From NCBI GenBank assembly GCA_963831295.1, contig CAWHPR010000003.1:387746-451745 (forward strand): a DNA stretch of 64,000 bases, in the 5' to 3' direction. Shown here one piece after another: positions 28,200-35,236 of the stretch. A program made the translations under genes and the position numbers. Every line of letters begins with the position of its first letter. The first letter of the stretch is position 1. Below the pieces are notes generated by a model that saw nothing but the letters and a program-made list of their open reading frames with translations, made no database searches and had not been told where the DNA came from. The DNA comes from an uncultured Thermoleophilia bacterium (GTDB taxonomy: Bacteria > Actinomycetota > Thermoleophilia > UBA2241).

Positions 28200-29207
28200 T
28201 CAGTCCTCGGCCTGAAGGCGCTTGAGCGCGGCGACGGCCTCGGGCTCGTCGGGCCACAGGGCGAGCACCTTCTGCCAGGCCTCTTCAGCCGAGCCGGGGT
28301 CGCCCGTACGCAGGTAGAGCTTGGCGACCAGCTTGGCGGCGGCCGGGCTGCCGGGGTCGAGGGCGCGGGCCACTCGGGCCTCGACGAGCGCGGCCGAAGC
28401 GTCGGTCTTGGCCAGCCGTCTCGCGGCGGCGAAGCGCTCCTCGAACGGCCCCAGCCGGACGAGCTCATCGCCCGGCTCCGTGATCCCCTCGGGAGCGTTG
28501 TCGGCCGAGGTGCGGAAGTGCTCGGCTGCTCCGGCGACGTCGTCGTCGGCGAGCAGCAGCAGACCGTAGTCGTAGTTGGCCTCGGGCATCAGCGGGTCGA
28601 ACATGAGCGCCCTCTCGAGGTGGAGACGCTGGTTGGCGACCGAGGCGCGTTCGCGATATGCGACCGCGAGCGCGTAGTGCGTGTCCGCGGCGGTGCGGCG
28701 GATCTTCAGCGCTTCGTGCAGGTACTTGACCGCCTCTCTGTACTTCTCGCGTTCGATGAGCGTCACGCCGAGCTGATGGTAGGCCACGGCGAGGCGCTGG
28801 TCGAGGCCGGCATACTGCCCCGTCCCGATCTCACCGACGACGCGGCGCCAGTACTCCTCGGCGCTCTCCCACTCGCCCTCGTACATGGCGATGAGGCCGA
28901 GACCCGTGAGCGCGTCGGGGTTGTTCTCGTCGAGTTCGAGCACGACGCCGAACTGCTCGATGGCGTCGTCGACCTGGCCGGCCGCGGCGTAGGCCTCGGC
29001 GAGCGTCAGCCGCAAGCTGAGGTCGTTGGGGTTCTCCTCGATGGCGGCGATGAGGTCTGTGATGACTCTGGACGCCGCCGCCGATTCGCGCTCCCGCGAC
29101 TGTTCCGTGAGGACGGTGTAGGCGAGATACCCGATGGCGACCACGGCCAGCAGCACGACCACTTTGAGGGCCACGTCGATCCACCGCGTGTCCCGCAGGG
29201 CCCTCAC
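28200..29207 (-). CDS. Membrane-anchored TPR-repeat protein, intact
   Basis: 335-aa ORF with N-terminal TM WIDVALKVVVLLAVVAIGYLAYTVL, followed by TPR-like helices (LAEAYAAAGQVDDAIEQFGVVLELDENNPDAL.., AVAYHQLGVTLIEREKYREAVKYLHEALKI..). Confidence 0.8.
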   Translation of the reverse strand: MRALRDTRWIDVALKVVVLLAVVAIGYLAYTVLTEQSRERESAAASRVITDLIAAIEENPNDLSLRLTLAEAYAAAGQVDDAIEQFGVVLELDENNPDALTGLGLIAMYEGEWESAEEYWRRVVGEIGTGQYAGLDQRLAVAYHQLGVTLIEREKYREAVKYLHEALKIRRTAADTHYALAVAYRERASVANQRLHLERALMFDPLMPEANYDYGLLLLADDDVAGAAEHFRTSADNAPEGITEPGDELVRLGPFEERFAAARRLAKTDASAALVEARVARALDPGSPAAAKLVAKLYLRTGDPGSAEEAWQKVLALWPDEPEAVAALKRLQAED

Positions 29208-29253
29208 GCGTCGCTCGTCACGTCGGCAAAGGCATGACCCGTCGCGAGGGCGA

Positions 29254-30852
29254 TCACAGGTGCGGCCCGGTGTGACAGCGCTTGCACAGGTCGGATCCCG
29301 GCCACGGCGCGATCTGGTCGCCGCGGGAGTCCGCGGCGCCGTGGCAGTCGTAGCAGATGCGGATGTCGTGCCCCCCGATCTCGGCGGACTGCTGACCGGC
29401 GTGCTGTACCCGCGCCGCCGTCAGCTTGAGATGGCAGTCGTCGCAGCGGTGCGGCCTGCCGACGTGTTCTTCGACATCGAAGTGCGCGGCGTGCTCGGCG
29501 AGCTTCGCCACCTTGATCTCACTGGGCCGTCTGCGCATCTCGGGATGACAGTTCACGCAGTTCTCGGCCCGCAACTCCTGACTGCGGTCGGGATCGTGGT
29601 GGCACTCCTGACACCAGTTGCGGTCCGAGTGGCACACGCCGCAGTCGTCGGGCATGAAGCCGCTGGACGTGTGCGACGCGAGCCAGGTCGTCGGGTGCGG
29701 CATGACAGTCGGGTGGCACCGGCTGCACGACTCGTTCGTGTGGCAGATCGAGCACGTGGCTTCTCCGCTGAGAAGGAACGGCTCGCCGTGCTCGGCCATC
29801 CACGCGGCGGTCTGGTGGTCGTCGGGGATCACCTCTTTGCTGTACGAGCCGTCCGGCAGCCGCTTCTCGCTGCGGTGACACTCCGCGCAGAACGCCGAAG
29901 CGTGGCAGGTCGTGCAGTCGAGCAGGTCCTCGGCGCCCGGCTTGCGGTGACTGCTCGCGATGAACGCCGCCGTGTGATCGGCCGGCACGAGCTCGAAGCC
30001 CGGCGGATGACACGCCCCGCACTCGTCGGGAGCGGCCTCGCCGTCCTCGGTGTGCTGAACGCCGTGGCAGCGATAGCACGACGACATGTCGGGGCGGTCG
30101 GTGGCGCCGGCGCGGTGCGGGAACCTCTCGTGGCACACCTCGCAATCGTAGTCGCGTTCGAAGTGCACGGCGTGCGTGAAGAGCAGGCCGTCCCCCTCGC
30201 TCCTGTCGATGTCGGGGTGGCAGAAGACGCACTGCCCCATCGTGACAGGCCCGTCCACACTGATCGTGAGGGGCGGCCGCGACTCGGGCAGGGGGACGTT
30301 GCGCAGATAGCCCGGTGCGGCAAGCGGCGTGTCGACCCCCTGTTCCCTGTGGCAGGCATCGCAGTGCGCGCGCGCCTCGTGGCACATCATGCAGCCGTTC
30401 GAGCCTCCGCGCTCCACGGCGCCGGCGTGCGGCTCCTCGGTCCAGTCCTCGCTGTGATCCGCGGGCCTGAGCTCGAAGGCCTGCGTGTGGCAGGTGTCGC
30501 ACGAGTCGGCGGCCATGACGCCGTCGGAACCGTGAACGAGCCCGTGACAGGCGAAGCACGTCTCCATCGGCGGCACGTGCGTTGCGCCGCCCTCGTGCGC
30601 CGAACGCACGTGGCACACGCTGCAGTCGACGGTGGCGTGCGCATCGTGTGCGAAGACGAGGCCGGGGTCGCGAGACTCGGCGATGCGCTGGTGACAGGGA
30701 CTGCACGACTCGATGCGCACCGGGCCGGTCAGATCGATCTCGGTGGGCTGTGTCGCGCCCACGCCCGGCTGCAGCGTGCCGGCCAGCACGACGACGACGA
30801 CGGCGATGGCGGTCGCCGCTGTCAGGTACGCGTGTCGGCGGGTCGGTCGCAT
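29254..30852 (-). CDS. Multihaem c-type cytochrome with 20 CXXCH motifs, N-terminal membrane anchor/signal, intact
   Basis: 532-aa ORF. I count 20 CXXCH motifs: CSPCH, CSVCH, CFACH, CDTCH, CMMCH, CDACH, CVFCH, CEVCH, CYRCH, CGACH, CTTCH, CAECH, CSICH, CSRCH, CGVCH, CQECH, CVNCH, CDDCH, CYDCH, CKRCH. The N-terminus is MRPTRRHAYLTAATAIAVVVVVLAG. Confidence 0.9.
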   Translation of the reverse strand: MRPTRRHAYLTAATAIAVVVVVLAGTLQPGVGATQPTEIDLTGPVRIESCSPCHQRIAESRDPGLVFAHDAHATVDCSVCHVRSAHEGGATHVPPMETCFACHGLVHGSDGVMAADSCDTCHTQAFELRPADHSEDWTEEPHAGAVERGGSNGCMMCHEARAHCDACHREQGVDTPLAAPGYLRNVPLPESRPPLTISVDGPVTMGQCVFCHPDIDRSEGDGLLFTHAVHFERDYDCEVCHERFPHRAGATDRPDMSSCYRCHGVQHTEDGEAAPDECGACHPPGFELVPADHTAAFIASSHRKPGAEDLLDCTTCHASAFCAECHRSEKRLPDGSYSKEVIPDDHQTAAWMAEHGEPFLLSGEATCSICHTNESCSRCHPTVMPHPTTWLASHTSSGFMPDDCGVCHSDRNWCQECHHDPDRSQELRAENCVNCHPEMRRRPSEIKVAKLAEHAAHFDVEEHVGRPHRCDDCHLKLTAARVQHAGQQSAEIGGHDIRICYDCHGAADSRGDQIAPWPGSDLCKRCHTGPHL

Positions 30853-30874
30853 ACGTCCCTGCGGGCGGCCCGGT

Positions 30875-31745
30875 CTATCCGCCGAACAGTCCGGCGATGG
30901 CGCCCCCGACCCACTTGAGGGTCGAGTAGAGCGGGTTGGCCTCGAGCACGTCGCGCTTGCCGTGGATCAACTCGGTGTACTCGAGGAAGCCCTCGTTGAC
31001 GTCACCCTTGTGACAGGCGCCGCACGTGTCCGCCAGCCGGCTCTGGTGAACAGGCGACCGGGGATCGGACGACGGGTAGACGTCATGGTAGCCGTGGCAG
31101 TCCCAGCACGCCGGTGCGTCTGTTGCTCCCCGACGGTACGCGCGCCCGTGGTAGTAGTCGTCGTAGCTGTTCCACTCGTCTTCGTGGCACCTGCCGCAGA
31201 CCTCCCAGCCGTCGGCGTGCAGGGCGCGGCGGCCTTCTGGGCTGTCCGCGAGCGCGACGACGCCGTGGCTGCCGTGGCAGTCACCGCAGAGCGGGAACTC
31301 GGCTCCTTCGGGGACGGCGCCGGCATGGTCCTCGACCTTGCCCCGGTGGACGCTGGCCCAGTATGCGCGGCTCTCTTGCTGATGGCAGTTCTTGCAGGCC
31401 AGGCGTGAAACGTGGTCCCAGTTCTCGGACGGCTGGGTGTGCGGCGCCGTGAAGGCGAAGTCGATGTGACAGCCGATGCACTGCACGTCCGCGTGCGGGC
31501 TGGCCGCGAGCTCGTCGGTGTCGACGTAGTAGCTCACGATCTCTCCGCCCTCCGGCCGGACCGAGGTCCTCGTCGTCATGGCAGACGAGGCATCCGGCCC
31601 GCGACGCCGTGGGCAGCGTGAAGTCGACGTCGTATCCGCCGACCTGAGGATCGGTGTCACCGCTCTCGGCGAGCGCCGGGGTCGCCGACGAGAGCGCCAT
31701 CACGCACGCCAGGGCGACGAGCAGGAGCATCTTGCGGGTCGTCAT
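30875..31745 (-). CDS. Heptahaem c-type cytochrome with signal peptide and C-terminal hydrophobic anchor (CbcA-like); 1 frameshift near 31560
   Basis: MTTRKMLLLVALACVMALSSATPALAES..CLVCH (ORF 31281..31745) joins ORF 30875..31660 (CIGCH, CKNCH, CGDCH, CGRCH, CWDCH, CGACH), ending ..LKWVGGAIAGLFGG-stop. ATGA overlap with the cytochrome b stop. Confidence 0.8.
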
Positions 31746-32761
31746 TCGGTGTCACCTGCAGACGGCCCGCTCACGTGCGTCGACTGCATCGGCGTCAGGA
31801 CCCCCACCTTCTGACGCGAGTCTTGGTGTGGTGGCTGGACGTGAGTCGGAGCGGGTGCCGGGTGCGACTGCTCCTCAGGGCGGCTGTCGCCGGGCGTTCC
31901 TTGCGACTCCTGCGACGCGCGCCGGGACGGTCGCGAGCGCTTCAGGATGCCGAAGAAGTCACGGACCGCGGGGAAGTCCTCAGTCACGCAGAGGTACGCA
32001 TGGACGGTCGTGAGGATGATGAACAGCCACGTGATCGCGTAGTGGAGGGAGCGCGCGTACCATCCGGCGAGGTCGGTCGAGCCCACGAGCGCGCCAAGCC
32101 ACCAGCCGAGCAGCAGGTCGCGCGGGCTGTAGCCGAAGATGAACGGCGTGACGACGAGCGAGAATCCCGTGAGCGCCTGCAGGGTCATGAGCGGCACGAA
32201 CAGGATGTACGTGGCCTTCTGCATGACGTTGTACTTGCAGAGATGCGGTTTCGAGCTCTTGATGAACACGTAGTAGAGGGCGCACTTGGGCGCCGAGCAG
32301 ACATCCTGCTTCGTGATGGCGAACTCCTTGTAGTCACGCCGCTTCGAGAAGAACGCGCACCATATGCGCCACGCGAAGTTGACCGTGACGACGATCATGA
32401 ACACGTAGTGGACGCCGCGCATCGCGCTGCGGCCGCCGTCGAAGAACGGGAAGCGGATGTAGAGACCGGTGAATCCCAGCGCGAACATCGAGAACACGTG
32501 CTGGAAGTGCAGGAACTTGTTGAGGAGTGGGATCGGCGGCCCGTCGTGGTCGGGCCACTGCTTGTTCACGTACCGGGCCTTGAGGCGCCCGGTGAGCAGG
32601 TTGCCGACGAGGTGCGCCGACAACGCGGCGACGACGAGCACGTACAGCGTGGTGAAGCCGACATCGAGCCAGACGTTCAGTTCTGACAGTGGTATTACTG
32701 ACCCCCCCTCGGGTGTCCGCCCATAATACCGCGTCCGGAGTGCTCCAGGGCCCCGACGCAC
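31742..32761 (-). CDS. Membrane b-type cytochrome (PhsC / formate-dehydrogenase gamma / Ni-Fe hydrogenase cytochrome b family; CbcB-like)
   Basis: Polytopic protein with conserved His residues in TM helices (LNKFLHFQHVFSMFALGFTGLYIRFPFF, RGVHYVFMIVVTVNFAWRIW, SLHYAITWLFIILTTVHAY). The listed GTG 32761 lies inside a strong hairpin. An alternative start is an ATA codon at 32695, which sits 6 nt after GAGGGGGGG. Confidence 0.75.
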   Translation of the reverse strand: MRRGPGALRTRYYGRTPEGGSVIPLSELNVWLDVGFTTLYVLVVAALSAHLVGNLLTGRLKARYVNKQWPDHDGPPIPLLNKFLHFQHVFSMFALGFTGLYIRFPFFDGGRSAMRGVHYVFMIVVTVNFAWRIWCAFFSKRRDYKEFAITKQDVCSAPKCALYYVFIKSSKPHLCKYNVMQKATYILFVPLMTLQALTGFSLVVTPFIFGYSPRDLLLGWWLGALVGSTDLAGWYARSLHYAITWLFIILTTVHAYLCVTEDFPAVRDFFGILKRSRPSRRASQESQGTPGDSRPEEQSHPAPAPTHVQPPHQDSRQKVGVLTPMQSTHVSGPSAGDTE

Positions 32762-32788
32762 TCGTCAGCACGCTTCGGGGCCCTGGAG
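32743..32788. other. Perfect 14-bp inverted repeat (hairpin) between the S9 peptidase gene and the cytochrome cluster
   Basis: ctccagggccccga - 18 nt - tcggggccctggag. It lies 78 nt downstream of the S9 peptidase stop and is followed on the minus strand by TATTAT (32728-32723). Confidence 0.5.
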
Positions 32789-32865
32789 CAGCGCTGCGCC
32801 CACGCGCCGACGGGCGTGTGCCTTCTGCAACGCTCGCCACTCTGAAGGGTTACAGGCGAGCGAGG

Positions 32866-34961
32866 TCAGCCCAGGTTCTCGACCTCCACCGGGTCGATGA
32901 CATCGGCCGGCGTGAAGCCGAGGACCTGCCCGTAGAACGAGAGCTCGGCCTCGAGGCTGCGCACGATGTTCTCGGCCTTGCGGAAACCGTGCTGCTCGCC
33001 CTCGAAGGTGAGATAGGCGTACGGCAGGTGGTTGCGGCGCAGGGCGGCGACGATGATCTCCGCCTGCGCGGGAGGCACGATGGCGTCCTCGAGACCCTGC
33101 AGGACGATGACCGGGCAGCGAAGGCCGTCGACGTGGTGGATCGGCGAGCGCTCGCGGTAGATGTCGATCCGCTCCGGATAGGGACCGACGAGCTGGACGA
33201 GGTAGCGCTCCTCGAACTTGTGGGTGCCACCACCGACGAACATCTCGAGGTCGGCGAGGCCGAAGTAGGAGGCGCCGGCGGCGAAGACGTCGTGGCGCGT
33301 CAGCGCGTTGAGCGTCGTGTAGCCGCCGGCACTGCCGCCGCGGATCGCGAGCCGTTCCGGATCCGCGTCTCCGCGCCCGGCGAGGAACCGCGCCGCATTG
33401 ATGCAGTCGACCGTGTCGACGACGCCCCAGTTGCTCTTGAGCCGGTCGCGATAGCGCGCGGCCGTAGCCGGAGGAGCCGCCGTAGTTCACGTCGACGACG
33501 GCGAAGCCGCGCGAGGTCCAGTACTGGATGGAGAGGCTGAGCGTGGCTTCGGCCGCCGCGGTCGGGCCGCCGTGGCTGATGACGAGCAGCGGCGGCCGCC
33601 CGCCCGGCGCCACGACGTCGGGGTTGTGCGGTGCGTAGTAGAGGGCGTGGGCCGTGAGCGGAGCGGTCTCGTCGCACAGCGGCCCCGTCACCGATCCGGG
33701 CTCGTACGAGGTCGGGAACTCGATGGACCGCGGCACGGACAGGTACGCCGCGGACGGCTCCCACGAAAGGCTCGAGCGCACGGTCTCGACCGCGCCGCTC
33801 TCGGGGTCCACGAGAGCGACGCGGGCGGCCAGCGTCGGCGCCGCCGCCGACGACGCCGAGCCGGTCGCCGACCGCGACGAGAGAGGAGATGCTGGTGAGC
33901 TCGCAGTCGAGTTCGCGGACGTCGCCGCCCTGCTCGATCACGACGAGGCGGTCGAGGCCGTCGCGGCTGCAGAACGCCGCCAGCCTGCCGTCCGGCAGGA
34001 ACACGGCGTTCTGCAGTCCGAACACCCAGTGCGGCTTGGCGAACTCGGCGGCCATCGGGAGGAGCGGGGCGGCCGGAGGCGCGGGTGGCGGTGTGACTGC
34101 CGAGCCGTCGCCGGGCGTGTCACCGGCCGCGCGGTTCAACGCCTCCGCGAGCTCGTCGGGTCCGATGCGGTACAGGTTCCACCATCCGCTGCGGTCGCTG
34201 ACGAAGAGCAGGCCGCCGTCGGGCGCCCAGAGCGGCTGCACGACCGACTCCTGCTCGCCGCCGGCCACTCGTACCGCCGCCGTCTGGTCGCCGTCCTCAC
34301 CGAGCGCGGCGACCCAGAGCTCGGTGCCGTCCCAGGGCATGCGTGGGTGGTCCCAGCAGAGGCGGGCGAGCAGGCCGCCGTCGGGGCTCGGGCGCGGGCT
34401 CGAGAAGAAGTCGTGCCCCGAGGCCACGACGAGCGGTTCGCGCCCGCCCTCGGCCGGCAGCGTGACGATGTCGTTCACCACTCCCGTGTCGAGGTGACGC
34501 TCCCGGACGCTGAAGAACGACCGGCGGTCCGCCGCCACGCGACCGTCGGCGTAGCGGGTCGCTCGCGGCGCCGGCGGCGCGGCCGTGAGCGGCCACGGGG
34601 CGCTCCAGAGGGCCGCGCGTCCGCGCGATCCGGTATCGTCCAGGTCCTGCCGGTAGAGCCGTTGATCTTCGAGCTCGCTGAAGATGACCGACTCGCCGCC
34701 GTCCACCCGGGCGAAGGCCTCGTACATCCCGCCGCCGTACTCGTGCACCAGGGTCCTTGCGGCCCAGTCGCCGGGGGTCACGTCGGCGATGCGGCCGTCG
34801 GGCGCGCGGCGTACGACCACGTAGCGTCCGCTCTCCCTGGGCCTCATCTCCACCCAGAACAGGGTCTCGCCGATCGCCTGCGGCCAGCCGAGGGCGATGG
34901 CGCCCTCGGCGACACGGGTCGCCGTGATCGGTGAACGCCAGGAGCCGTACGGAGCCTTCAC
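32866..34961 (-). CDS. S9 family (prolyl oligopeptidase / dipeptidyl aminopeptidase-like) serine peptidase; 2 frameshifts (near 33830 and 33470)
   Basis: N-terminal beta-propeller part: [28 protein letters not shown] (ORF 33300..34961). Then ..[32 protein letters not shown] (ORF 32765..33811). Then ..[13 protein letters not shown] (GxSxGG nucleophile) and ..[24 protein letters not shown] (ORF 32866..33243). Confidence 0.85.
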
Positions 34962-35066
34962 GAAGCCCTCCTCGCAGGTGGACGCCGGGGATCGCCGGAA
35001 CGGGAAGAGCCTACCGCCCTGGGGCCTGGAGGAGTACCATGAATGCAGCGTCTCCAGGGGAGAGTG

Positions 35067-35180
35067 ATGAAACGAGTGCTGCCCAGGCCGAACGCCGCGT
35101 GCTGCATCGCCATCTTCACGGCTGTGTCGGCGCTGATCATGGTGCTGGCGCTCTGCGCCTCCTGCATCTTCCCTGACTGA
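35067..35180 (+). CDS. Possible 37-aa Cys-rich hydrophobic peptide (below the ORF-track size cutoff)
   Basis: ATG 35067 follows GGGGAGAG. The sequence is MKRVLPRPNAACCIAIFTAVSALIMVLALCASCIFPD-stop (TGA 35178-35180). It lies in the 275-bp gap between two minus-strand genes. Confidence 0.25.
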   Translation: MKRVLPRPNAACCIAIFTAVSALIMVLALCASCIFPD

Positions 35181-35236
35181 CGATTTGCGTCGCTCGATCG
35201 CGCTCGCGCGGAGTCCCGTGCTCTACGGCCGACCGC

